Of a stretch of 64,000 nt of DNA, positions 1-8,920 are shown piece by piece (within the stretch, counting starts at the first letter, position 1; the number at the start of each line of letters is the position of its first letter). Origin of the DNA: Minisyncoccota bacterium (lineage in GTDB: Bacteria > Patescibacteriota > Minisyncoccia > Minisyncoccales > CG1-02-41-26); contig JAQULB010000003.1 in NCBI GenBank assembly GCA_028718785.1, forward strand, positions 8,788-72,787, given 5' to 3'. The notes beneath the pieces were generated by a model. It did no database searches, was not told the DNA's origin, and was given only the letters and a program-made list of their open reading frames with translations. The position numbers and the translations under genes are program-made.

Positions 1-73
1 AAAAATATCGGCAATATCAAAGGCAGGGACGGAACAGGAAACCAAATGACGGTAGAGCTAAACTATCAGCTTT
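1..73 (+). CDS. C-terminal end of an upstream gene (partial, runs off window start)
   Basis: Open frame from base 1 ending at TAA 71-73 (...NIGNIKGRDGTGNQMTVELNYQL*). No recognisable motifs. Confidence 0.25.
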
Positions 74-297
74 AAACTTTATTGGGGTTTTCATAGAGAT
101 AGAACAACTTTCGTCGTTTTATAGTTTCCGTTTTTGCGAATGTAAATTGTTGACTCATGAGTTTATCTTTGATATCATTGAGATATAAGGATCATGGATA
201 GTTTACTTATCGAAAAATCTTCTTTTTTACACTTTTCCTTGCCGGACTCCTAACCGCATTGTGGCTGAACCATTTGTGGCTGATTTAGCATAGATTT

Positions 298-3200
298 TTG
301 GCTATCCCACGCGATATGAAACCAAAACCTTCCTCAAACTCAAAAATTACTTCTTCATTTCTAACCATCTTTTTGATAACTTTATTAACAGTATGTATTT
401 TTTGGTTTCTTTTGGGACAGGAAAATGTTTTGGCTGCTGGTGCTTATTCTCTTAATTTTGATGGTACGAATGATTATGTTGATATGGGTGCTGGTAGTGC
501 TACTCTGTCTCTTCCCAGTTTTACAATTGAGGCGTGGGTTAAGGCAGATGTTACTTCTTCTACAAGAGGCGTCATTGATAAATTTAGTCTTAGTCAAGCC
601 AAAGGATTTTCTATATACATTCAAAGTGGTAAGCTTTATTTTTTGACTGGTTCTGGGGGTGGATCTTATGATTGGTTAAAGGATAATACGCGGAGCGCTT
701 GTTCAGCAAATACTTGGTATCATGTGGCTGCAGTTTACGATGGCACAACTAAATATCTTTACGTTAATGGTTCTTTAGCAGCCAAAAAGACAGTGGCATA
801 TAGCACAAGCAGCGTTAATCTTGTTGTGGGTGTTGCTTACTCAAGTCCTAAAACTTATTTCTTTGATGGCCTTATCGATGAGGTTCGTATTTGGAATACA
901 GCTCGCACTTCAGACCAAATAAATAGCTATAAAGACACTGAACTTACAGGAAGTGAGTCCGGTTTAGTTGGTTACTGGAATCTTAATGAAGGAACAGGCA
1001 CAACAACAACGGATTTGAGTCCTTCAGGAAACAATGGCACCTTAAGCCCAACTTATCCATCAGATTCTCCAGCATGGTCCGAAAGCTCAATAATGTCAAC
1101 ATCCTACGCCCCACCAGATAATATAACATCCACAGTACTTTCTTCTTCTCAGATAAAATTAGATTGGGATGCTAAATCGGGCGCGATTGGCTATAGAATC
1201 TTTAGAGATGGTTTTTGGCTAAAGGATTTCTATGCTATTTCAGGACTGCTGGAACCTGTATGCGATTCTAACAGTCCCACGTGGTCAACCACAACAGCTC
1301 TTGGCGCATATTCTTTGTATTTTGACGGCACAGATGATTATGTATTAAATCTTGACGATGCTGATTTAGACTTTTCACTAGATCAGGATTTCACAATAGA
1401 GACTTGGATTCAGAATAGCAGCAGTAGTTATAATGGTGGAATTATTAGTAATTTTAATTTAGTCGCTGGTGCCTATAAAGGATATGTTATTAACTATTCA
1501 ACAAATGGTAAGTTTGGTTTCGTCATAGGCGACGGGACCAATTTTACGGAAATCTACAGCAACAGCGCTTACACAGATTATAATTGGCACCATATTGCTG
1601 CTAAATACCAAAACGGTACCATGTATCTTTATATTGATGGCGTTCAACAAAATCAGACTGCTACAGTGGATTTTTCCCCTAACACTGTTTCTAATTTAGT
1701 GATTGGTGGTGAGTATGATAATGCATCCAGCTACCGTTTTAAAGGCTTTATTGACGATGTCCGTATCTGGAATGTTGCTCGTACTTCCGGCGAGATAAAC
1801 ACCTATAAAGATTCTGAACTTACGGGGAATGAGACAGGTTTGGCTAGGTATTTGAGGTTTAACGAAGGAAGCGGATGCTATATTAACTCTACCCCGCCGC
1901 TAACAGGGTTAACTACTTTAACTGAAACTGGCTTATACCCCAATTCTTCATATGAATACCGGATCAGCACGATTTTTAATGATGCTGATTCTGCTCGCAA
2001 GAGCGATGCAATTAACTTAACCACAAATAGCGGCTCTCCAAACCCTGTTGTCTCTTCTTCTAAAAGTGCTTACCAAAAGCTTATGACAGAAGGCGACTCT
2101 ATTACGTATGGAATTGGAGCTGACAGTCTTTCAACCGCTTGGCCTCATAAATTAAAGGATTACTTGGATTCCCGCAATGGCGGCAGTCTTACATCCTCTA
2201 TTACTAATTATGGACTAAGTGGTTCTGTGTCTTCTAATGTACTCGGAAGAATTGCTAATGAGGTGACCACAGCAACCCCGGATCTAGTTACTATCGATAT
2301 TGGATTGAATGATTTACGAAGAGGGGATTTGAGAAGTAAGGGGACAGTAAGCATAGATACTTACAGAAGTAATCTAAGACAAATTATTGATGCGGTAAGC
2401 CCTGGGAACAGCAGAAGTTTGCTTTTGGGCAATATCCCTTTTATGACCAATTGGACATATACTGGTTTTGATTGGGCGGCAGGCAATGAGGCAAAAAGGG
2501 CGGTTTGGAACAAGGTTGTGAGAGATGTGGCAAATGAAAAAGGAGTCATTTTAATTGATGTTTCCACTGCAATGAATGCGAGCACATCCTTACTAGCAGA
2601 TGGCATTCACCCGAATCAAGCAGGACACGATCTTATCGGAACTACTTTTGGCAATAAGCTGATTTTAGGTAGCAGTTTGGGCATCTATTTGAATGCCACA
2701 AATACTGTATATTCAGATGGTTATTATAGCTATTCTTCCTACCCCACCCCTGGGGTTAATCTGGTGAATAATTTGTCAGTTACCCCTTCAACGAGTTCAG
2801 TTGATGTGGTAGTTGATACCTGGAACACCACCAGCACTTATTATAAAAAATGGACTGAATCAGCCACAACCTCAAATATTACCACAAACCATACCATTGG
2901 CGATTTGAGAGCTAATCAGTATTACCAAGTAAAAGTGGGTGGTACAGTTTTGCAAACCCTACAAGCCAATGCTTCAGGAACAATCAGCTTTACATACTCT
3001 GGCGGTTATTCAACAAAAACGTTTGAGGTAGAAGAGCTTCCTACTGCTCCAACCATTGGCACACCAACCGCTTTATCTTCAACTGCCATTCGCTGGAACT
3101 TCACAGACAACGCCGACAATGAAACTGGCTTCCGTGTCTATACCAATGCCGATGCCATAGCCACCAGTTCAGCCACAGCCAATCTAACCTACCTTGATGA

Positions 3201-4077
3201 AACAGGATTATCCGAAAATACTCAATACACAAGATATGTAAAGGCATACAACAGCTATGGTGAAAGCGCTTCCTCTTCAGCAACTTCAACCTACACATCA
3301 GCCAACACTCCCACTGGTTTAACGACTATCAATACTGCTGATCAATCCATTACAGTGTCAGTAGATACTTTCCCTAATGCCACTTCCGCTTCTTCTGGAT
3401 ATTACTTTTCACAAGGTAGCCACAATTCAGGCTGGATACAAACCAATTCTTGGCAAGATACTGGACTTGCTTGCGGAACTAACTATACTTACAGCGTTAA
3501 ATATCGAAACGGAAACGGAGTAGAAACATCCGCTGTTTCCCAAACTTTCAGAACCCCAAACTGCGCTGGGGCTGTGATAATAACTCCTCAAATTAATCAG
3601 CAAACAACTCCTCAAGAAACCATCATCCCAACGGTCAGCTTTGACAAGCCCATTAGTCAAATGAGCCAAGAGGAAATAAAAGCAAAGATTGAGGAAATAA
3701 AAGCAAAGATTACAGAAATCACACAAGACATTACTCAATTGCAATCTCAACAACCAACTCAATCAACACCTAATCCAATTTCAACCATACCAACTACCTT
3801 TTCATTCCAGACTAATTTCAAGCAAGGTAAAGCAGGCTTATCGGTGAAATACTTACAAATTATCCTTAACCAAGACCCAGACACCCAATTAGCCAAAGCA
3901 GGAGTCGGGTCTCCCGGCAAAGAAACAAACTATTTTGGTCCATTAACAGAAAAAGCAGTCATCAAGTTTCAGGAGAAATACAGAGATGCTGTCCTAAAGC
4001 CCTGGGGCTTCACCGAAGGCACAGGTATTGTTGGTAAAACCACCAAAGCTAAACTGAATCAGTTACTTGGCAAATAA
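298..4077 (+). CDS. Large secreted multidomain surface protein: N-terminal TM/signal, two LamG (concanavalin-A-like) domains, SGNH/GDSL hydrolase domain, FN3-like repeats, coiled coil, C-terminal peptidoglycan-binding domain
   Basis: 1259-aa ORF. Hydrophobic N-terminus (FLTIFLITLLTVCIFWFLL). Two LamG-like blocks (FTIEAWVKAD...WYHVAAVYDG...DEVRIWNTARTSDQI, repeated around 1320-1800). GDSL-type block MTEGDSITYG...DGIHPNQAGHDL. C-terminal PG_binding-like LQIILNQDP...GKETNYFGPLTEKAVIKFQEKY. A more likely start is the ATG at 316. Confidence 0.8.
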   Translation: MAIPRDMKPKPSSNSKITSSFLTIFLITLLTVCIFWFLLGQENVLAAGAYSLNFDGTNDYVDMGAGSATLSLPSFTIEAWVKADVTSSTRGVIDKFSLSQAKGFSIYIQSGKLYFLTGSGGGSYDWLKDNTRSACSANTWYHVAAVYDGTTKYLYVNGSLAAKKTVAYSTSSVNLVVGVAYSSPKTYFFDGLIDEVRIWNTARTSDQINSYKDTELTGSESGLVGYWNLNEGTGTTTTDLSPSGNNGTLSPTYPSDSPAWSESSIMSTSYAPPDNITSTVLSSSQIKLDWDAKSGAIGYRIFRDGFWLKDFYAISGLLEPVCDSNSPTWSTTTALGAYSLYFDGTDDYVLNLDDADLDFSLDQDFTIETWIQNSSSSYNGGIISNFNLVAGAYKGYVINYSTNGKFGFVIGDGTNFTEIYSNSAYTDYNWHHIAAKYQNGTMYLYIDGVQQNQTATVDFSPNTVSNLVIGGEYDNASSYRFKGFIDDVRIWNVARTSGEINTYKDSELTGNETGLARYLRFNEGSGCYINSTPPLTGLTTLTETGLYPNSSYEYRISTIFNDADSARKSDAINLTTNSGSPNPVVSSSKSAYQKLMTEGDSITYGIGADSLSTAWPHKLKDYLDSRNGGSLTSSITNYGLSGSVSSNVLGRIANEVTTATPDLVTIDIGLNDLRRGDLRSKGTVSIDTYRSNLRQIIDAVSPGNSRSLLLGNIPFMTNWTYTGFDWAAGNEAKRAVWNKVVRDVANEKGVILIDVSTAMNASTSLLADGIHPNQAGHDLIGTTFGNKLILGSSLGIYLNATNTVYSDGYYSYSSYPTPGVNLVNNLSVTPSTSSVDVVVDTWNTTSTYYKKWTESATTSNITTNHTIGDLRANQYYQVKVGGTVLQTLQANASGTISFTYSGGYSTKTFEVEELPTAPTIGTPTALSSTAIRWNFTDNADNETGFRVYTNADAIATSSATANLTYLDETGLSENTQYTRYVKAYNSYGESASSSATSTYTSANTPTGLTTINTADQSITVSVDTFPNATSASSGYYFSQGSHNSGWIQTNSWQDTGLACGTNYTYSVKYRNGNGVETSAVSQTFRTPNCAGAVIITPQINQQTTPQETIIPTVSFDKPISQMSQEEIKAKIEEIKAKITEITQDITQLQSQQPTQSTPNPISTIPTTFSFQTNFKQGKAGLSVKYLQIILNQDPDTQLAKAGVGSPGKETNYFGPLTEKAVIKFQEKYRDAVLKPWGFTEGTGIVGKTTKAKLNQLLGK

Positions 4078-4110
4078 GTCAGGTTTTTTCTAAACTTAAT
4101 TCGAATTATG

Positions 4111-4138
4111 ACTCAGCAAGCAATTGCTGAGTTTTTAG
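4111..4138 (+). terminator. Rho-independent terminator after the large surface-protein gene
   Basis: Hairpin actcagcaa-gcaa-ttgctgagt followed by TTTTT. Confidence 0.6.
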
Positions 4139-4175
4139 TTGGATTAGTTTGATGCTGTAAAAAGTGTTGTTTTTT

Positions 4176-4547
4176 CTATTTACTTTCTTTTTTCTTTCGC
4201 CATTTTCGATACCAAGGCTCTTTTGCGGATTCCAACATTTTTTGCGTTTGCTCCATCTGTCTTGTCATTTGCATAACAATGGTATCGTGACGTTCTGACA
4301 TTTCTTGCACTTGCGTTTGAAGCAAGTTTATTTGCTTATCTTTCTCTTCAAGTTGTACTTTAAGTACGCTAATAACATCAGCAGTTTGTGAAAAATCCTT
4401 TTCACTTCCTAGTGATTCATCATTAACCAACCACCTGCCACCATCACGCTTTGCTTCAAGCTTTCTCTGGCTTATTAAATAGCGAATATTGGCTTGCGTA
4501 CATTTGCGAATTTTTGCGGCTTCTTTTACGCTTATCCAGTTTGGCAT
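4176..4547 (-). CDS. Excisionase-family (HTH_17/MerR-like) DNA-binding protein with a C-terminal coiled coil
   Basis: MPNWISVKEAAKIRKCTQANIRYLISQRKLEAKRDGGRWLV matches the Xis/HTH_17 pattern. Start reassigned to the ATG at 4547, which has a GGGAGG RBS 7 nt upstream; the track ORF extends to 4577. Confidence 0.6.
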   Translation of the reverse strand: MPNWISVKEAAKIRKCTQANIRYLISQRKLEAKRDGGRWLVNDESLGSEKDFSQTADVISVLKVQLEEKDKQINLLQTQVQEMSERHDTIVMQMTRQMEQTQKMLESAKEPWYRKWRKKKESK

Positions 4548-4757
4548 TTGAAAATTCCTCCCGCAAAAGAATAACAAATTTTATTTACTTAAATCAATGG
4601 AAAAATATGGAGATGGGCAATAAAATTGATTTTTGTTTTTACGTAAATCGAAAATAAAGAGTAGAAACCCTGATGTTTTTGCTTTCAATATTTTCTGTTG
4701 ACTATTTCCATATACAACATTTATACTATGTCAGTATGCTAAAGCTTACGATATTTT

Positions 4758-4850
4758 AATATAGTTATTTGACAACAGTAAAAAGGCGTATAATATAGTT
4801 ATTTGACAACAGTAATATAGTTATTTGACAACAGTAATATAGTTATTTGA
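4758..4850. repeat. Iteron array: 3.5 direct copies of AATATAGTTATTTGACAACAGTA, the last three at 22-bp periodicity, upstream of the rep gene
   Basis: Copies at 4758-4780, 4792-4814, 4815-4836 and a partial copy at 4837-4850. A further AT-rich direct repeat ATATTTAAAACA occurs twice at 4931-4962. Confidence 0.7.
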
Positions 4851-5055
4851 ACTCAATTTTTAAAACTTATCCACAAATGCAACATCGCTAGATTATTTAT
4901 TCATAAGGCTTTATAGCAAATTAAGAGATCGCAGATTTTTCGTGTAACATATTTAAAACATATTTAAAACAACATAGGTAAAAATTAAAGTTAAAAACAT
5001 CGTTAGCATACAAGCTTTTGTTGTTGTTTTTTTATTAAAAAAGGAAAACCAATCC

Positions 5056-6486
5056 GTGAGAAAAGGCAATAGTAAACAGCAAATTCAGATTATTACATCC
5101 AAGGATGAAATGAATCTCGTTGAATTCCCGTTTATTCTTTTGTCTAAAAGAAATGAAAATCAAAAAACCATTGAATTCACTGATTGGACAACGGCTAATG
5201 GTAAAACTGCGAAAAGAGAATGGGTCGTTACCGGATCAGATAAATACGGACTCCCAACTGCTAGTGACGAAGAGCTATATATTGCCTTGATGAAAGTCTC
5301 AAAAGACATGAATTTTCAAAGCAGAAGGGTCTCAATTGTTAGATACCAGCTTGCCAAACTCATGGGTTGGAGATTAGATGGCAAAAGCTACGAAAGGATT
5401 GAGCAAGGGCTGGACAGGTTAAGCGGGGTTAGGATTAAAGCTAAAAATGCTTTTTGGGATAATGAAAAGAAAAAATACGTTACCGTGAATTTCGGTATCA
5501 TTGACGATTATTATTTATATGATGAGAAACCGGGCAAAAAACGTGATATAGCCCAAGAGGAACTTTCCATTAGTAACTTTTCTTGGAACGAAGTGCTATT
5601 CAACAGTTTTAAAGCAGGGAATATCAAAACCATTGACGCTGAGTTCTATTTCACCCTAAAAAGCCCCATTACAAAGAGGCTATACAGATTTCTAGACAAA
5701 AAGAAATACGGTGGAAAGCCTAAATTTGAAATCGGAATCAGAAAACTAGCTTCGTTGCTTCCATTGAAGGATGACTACCCCTCTCATATTAAGGTGTTAT
5801 TGGGGAAAGCCCATGACGAATTAATGGAAAACGGTTTTATAAGCAGCGTGGATTACGAAAAAGCCAAAGGCGGAGAAGAGAAGATTGTTTATAGATTTCA
5901 CGGAAAGTTATCTGCTAAAGGCAAAACTGAAGAACCAGAAAAAGAGTTATTTCCACGAGGCAAAGGAAATGACCCTGTACTTCAATGTTTAGAGGAAAGG
6001 GGAATTACAAAAAGAGTAGCTAATACTCTAATTCGTAACTGTTCAATCGATCAAATACAAACTCAAATAGGAGTGTTTGACTGGTTAAAGAGAAATAAAA
6101 GCCCATTGGTGAGTAAGAATCCTGCTGGTTTTTTGCGTAAGGCGATTGAAGAAAACTATCAACCTCCCAAAGAATATCTCGATCAGCAAAATAAAAAAGA
6201 CGAAGAACAAAGAAAGGAAGATCGTCAAGAACGTTGGCTCAAACATAGAAAGGAATTAATAAAGCAAGATATTATTGATTGGCACCATGTCCCATTAGAA
6301 AAAAGAATAGAAGGGCGACTTGGGTTCTGGATAACTGGAGAGACACTGAATAGTAGAATACCAACGCCAGAACAGATAGAGCTTAAAAAACAAGAATTGA
6401 TAGATTCTTTGCCGAAAACCGATGACGAAAAATGGGAATACTTAGCACAAAATTATTCGGAGAACCCCCCAAATGATTTTGAATAG
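5056..6486 (+). CDS. Putative plasmid-type replication initiator (RepA_N-like)
   Basis: 476-aa ORF directly downstream of the iteron array and an AT-rich region, GTG start with an AAAGGAAAA RBS-like stretch. The N-terminal region (MNLVEFPFILLSKRNENQKTIEF...GLPTASDEELYIALMKV) resembles firmicute RepA_N initiators. Assignment rests mainly on context. Confidence 0.5.
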   Translation: MRKGNSKQQIQIITSKDEMNLVEFPFILLSKRNENQKTIEFTDWTTANGKTAKREWVVTGSDKYGLPTASDEELYIALMKVSKDMNFQSRRVSIVRYQLAKLMGWRLDGKSYERIEQGLDRLSGVRIKAKNAFWDNEKKKYVTVNFGIIDDYYLYDEKPGKKRDIAQEELSISNFSWNEVLFNSFKAGNIKTIDAEFYFTLKSPITKRLYRFLDKKKYGGKPKFEIGIRKLASLLPLKDDYPSHIKVLLGKAHDELMENGFISSVDYEKAKGGEEKIVYRFHGKLSAKGKTEEPEKELFPRGKGNDPVLQCLEERGITKRVANTLIRNCSIDQIQTQIGVFDWLKRNKSPLVSKNPAGFLRKAIEENYQPPKEYLDQQNKKDEEQRKEDRQERWLKHRKELIKQDIIDWHHVPLEKRIEGRLGFWITGETLNSRIPTPEQIELKKQELIDSLPKTDDEKWEYLAQNYSENPPNDFE

Positions 6487-6614
6487 AAGCAAACAAAAGA
6501 CTAAATTTATGGGTTAGTGAGATACATTATGGTTATACATAGTCATATACATATATGTTTGTATAGGCAAAAATAATCACTTTTGGTTATATAACTCAAA
6601 TAATACAAGGGAAA

Positions 6615-6866
6615 AGGCAGGTTATTGAACGTCGGTTGGTGTCTAATTCACCTCCCGACCCAATCCCTTTTTCGCACCACATCTCACTCATAACTGAGTT
6701 TCGTTGCTGGATGCGACTCCGCCCTTCTGAGGGGCTTCGGGTTCGCTTAAAGCATCACCAAAAGGGATTGGGTCGGGAGCTCGATTTCTCAAACCAATCA
6801 GGCTTCGTCTTTGCTAAGACTCGCCTTCTTGGGAGAAATCGGCACCCCGACGTTCAACAACCTGCC
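6615..6866 (+). other. GC-rich structured element with nested long-range inverted repeats: candidate ncRNA, or replication/transfer origin
   Basis: Outer inverted repeat AGGCAGGTTATTGAACGTCGG (6615-6635) pairs with CCGACGTTCAACAACCTGCCT (6846-6866). Inner inverted repeat ACCTCCCGACCCAATCCCTTTT (6648-6670) pairs with AAAAGGGATTGGGTCGGGAGCT (6759-6780). CGATTTCTC and GAGAAATCG form a third pair. Several C(UUCG)G-type loops (gcttcggg, gcttcgtc). The 91-aa track ORF here is probably spurious. Confidence 0.4.
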
Positions 6867-6920
6867 TTGGGTACAAAAATACATAATAATTTATGGATTC
6901 AAAACATTTAGGGTTAAGCA

Positions 6921-7808
6921 GTGGGAAAAGCACCTCGTTTTGAAAAAAAACCAAAAGTGATTGGAAATATCGTAATCCAGAAAAGAGATGTAGAGATCAT
7001 AAAACTCTTATGGGAATACCGGTTTCTGAGTTCAGAGCAGATTCAAAAGCTAGCTGAAGGTTCAGATCAGGTCAAGTTGAGACGACTCCAAAAGCTTTAT
7101 CACCATGGATACATTGACAGACCGATCAGCCAGATCATATTCTCAAATCCATTGTTCGGTCCGCAGAAGATGGTTTACGGATTAGGAGATAAAGGAGCCG
7201 ATCTTCTGGCTGAAACTTATGGTATAGACAGAGGCAAGATAGTCTGGAGCGAAAAGAACAAAGAAGTTCGAGAACAATACATCCAGCATACCTTAATGGT
7301 ATCCGATTTCAGAGCGTGTTTGACCCTATCTTTGAAAGATAATCCTGAAACGGAGCTTCACTGGTTAATGGGCGGTGATTTAGAGATAAAGCAGGAAGTT
7401 CGTTTCAGAGAAGAAGGTAAAGAAAAAAGGATACCCATCATTCCTGATGGGTATTTTGATATAGAGGATCCTCGCGGCAAAGCATATTTTTTCCTTGAAG
7501 CTGATCGTTCAACCATGACCAATACCCGGTATTTTAATAAAATGCGTGCCTATTGGCTGTGGTGGCAAAGAGGCGGACAGAAAGATCTGGGTATAGAAAA
7601 TTTCCGGGTTTTAACTATAACCAAGACCAAAGAAAGGCTGGAAAATCTCATTGAGGTGACAAAGCGTGTCAATAACAGCCAAGCAAGCTCTTATATGTTT
7701 TGGTTTGCCGATATTTCGGCTTTTAGTATTAAAAGGCCTTCATCAATCCTTGATAATATCTGGGCGACTGACAACAGGAATGGAGGCTTACATTCTTTGC
7801 AGGAGTGA
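6921..7808 (+). CDS. Replication-relaxation family-like protein (N-terminal wHTH)
   Basis: GTG start. N-terminal VIQKRDVEIIKLLWEYRFLSSEQIQKLAE looks like a winged HTH, and the overall architecture resembles the replication-relaxation family of plasmids and ICEs. Confidence 0.45.
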   Translation: MGKAPRFEKKPKVIGNIVIQKRDVEIIKLLWEYRFLSSEQIQKLAEGSDQVKLRRLQKLYHHGYIDRPISQIIFSNPLFGPQKMVYGLGDKGADLLAETYGIDRGKIVWSEKNKEVREQYIQHTLMVSDFRACLTLSLKDNPETELHWLMGGDLEIKQEVRFREEGKEKRIPIIPDGYFDIEDPRGKAYFFLEADRSTMTNTRYFNKMRAYWLWWQRGGQKDLGIENFRVLTITKTKERLENLIEVTKRVNNSQASSYMFWFADISAFSIKRPSSILDNIWATDNRNGGLHSLQE

Positions 7809-7811
7809 AAA

Positions 7812-8330
7812 GTGACAATACGAATTAGATGGCTGTATATTCTAACTGCTTTGATTTGTATAATCCCTTGCGTTCTTCTCTGCATTCATTGGCTGCATAA
7901 AGGCTTTAACGATAATCTAAAATCCGCAACAAACTTTTTTGCTAGACATATTTCTAATATATGGGACAAGAAAGACCCTAACTCTAACGAAACTCTAACA
8001 AAGGTATTTCACGTAACGTTTATTTTGGTATTTATTTTAGGACCGGAAATGCTTCTTGTGGATCTCGTAATTATGCTTTTGTATCCTGTTTTCGTTTTTC
8101 TCGTGGCAGGTTTTGTGGGAATATTTTATTTGTTTTTCGCTTTGTTATTTGTTTCTGAGAAAGTGTTTATTCTCACTGCGTTACTTGGTATTCTTATCGG
8201 TTTAGGACTTAATCGCCTTACCGTGTATACTATTGCATACCATATTTTAATTGCAGTCGGTTCTATATGGGTGCAAAAAGTAGCTTTCACAATAAACATA
8301 GGAGGCAGTAATGTTCAAAAAGAAAGATAA
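7812..8330 (+). CDS. Polytopic membrane protein (4-5 TM), unknown function
   Basis: GTG start with an AGGAG RBS 7 nt upstream. Strongly hydrophobic segments throughout. Confidence 0.5.
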   Translation: MTIRIRWLYILTALICIIPCVLLCIHWLHKGFNDNLKSATNFFARHISNIWDKKDPNSNETLTKVFHVTFILVFILGPEMLLVDLVIMLLYPVFVFLVAGFVGIFYLFFALLFVSEKVFILTALLGILIGLGLNRLTVYTIAYHILIAVGSIWVQKVAFTINIGGSNVQKER

Positions 8331-8919
8331 AGACAAAGATGACGATAACCAAAAGAAGGTTCTGCTACCACAAATCATAAACGATGAAGACGCCATAAAA
8401 TTCGTTGAGTATCAGCCTAAGGTCAAAGATGGGATAAGGAGACGACTGGCAAATTATTCAATTGAACATTCAATAAGATCAGACACCAACGTTATCGAAG
8501 CCCAAACCGAGCAATACAAAAAAATAGCTGAATACTACGATGCTCTACATGGTGCTAAATCATCAAAGGATAGGGCGGAGCATTTTACAGACCAGAGAGA
8601 TAATAGAAAAAGATCGGAAGATCTGGATTTTCAAAAAGAAGAACTCGATCTGGAAATAAAAAAACTAGACTACGAGAGAGCAAAAATCGCTGTTGATAGA
8701 GAAAGAGCAAAGCTGGAAAGAGAAAAAGAGTCAATTGATAGAGAAGAGAAGGACCCGATAGAAACCCTTATCCAGAAAGTAAAATCACAAGCAATAAGCA
8801 TTATCCGGGCTAAAGAAGAAATACAAAAATCGTTTGGTGATAACCCTGAGCTTGTTGACGCTATGCTGGACCGCTTTGAACAAGAACTCGCAGAAAGAGG
8901 CATTTCAGGAGGAGACTAA
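8311..8919 (+). CDS. Charged coiled-coil protein (K/D/E-rich), unknown function
   Basis: 202-aa ORF with heptad-like charged repeats (LDFQKEELDLEIKKLDYERAKIAVDRERAKLEREKE). Overlaps the previous gene's stop. Confidence 0.45.
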   Translation: MFKKKDKDKDDDNQKKVLLPQIINDEDAIKFVEYQPKVKDGIRRRLANYSIEHSIRSDTNVIEAQTEQYKKIAEYYDALHGAKSSKDRAEHFTDQRDNRKRSEDLDFQKEELDLEIKKLDYERAKIAVDRERAKLEREKESIDREEKDPIETLIQKVKSQAISIIRAKEEIQKSFGDNPELVDAMLDRFEQELAERGISGGD

Positions 8920-8920
8920 A

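Noticed and set aside
150-178. Sigma70-like promoter TTGACT-N17-TATCAT upstream of the large surface-protein gene
   Set aside because: Plausible, but it is 120 bp or more from the start, and unsupported single hexamer matches are common in AT-rich DNA. Not reported as a feature.
385-646. Track ORFs 385-624(-) and 425-646(+) inside the large surface-protein gene
   Set aside because: Short shadow ORFs overlapping a long, domain-rich CDS in another frame or strand; low-complexity translations.
4757-4850. Possible CRISPR array (regular 22-bp direct repeats)
   Set aside because: The repeats are contiguous with no unique spacers and sit upstream of a rep gene, so they are iterons. No cas genes and no repeat-spacer periodicity anywhere in the window.
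6636-6911. 91-aa ORF in the GC-rich region between rep and the replication-relaxation gene
   Set aside because: It coincides exactly with nested inverted repeats and tetraloop motifs, and its translation is Pro/Arg-rich low complexity. It is more likely structured nucleic acid than protein.
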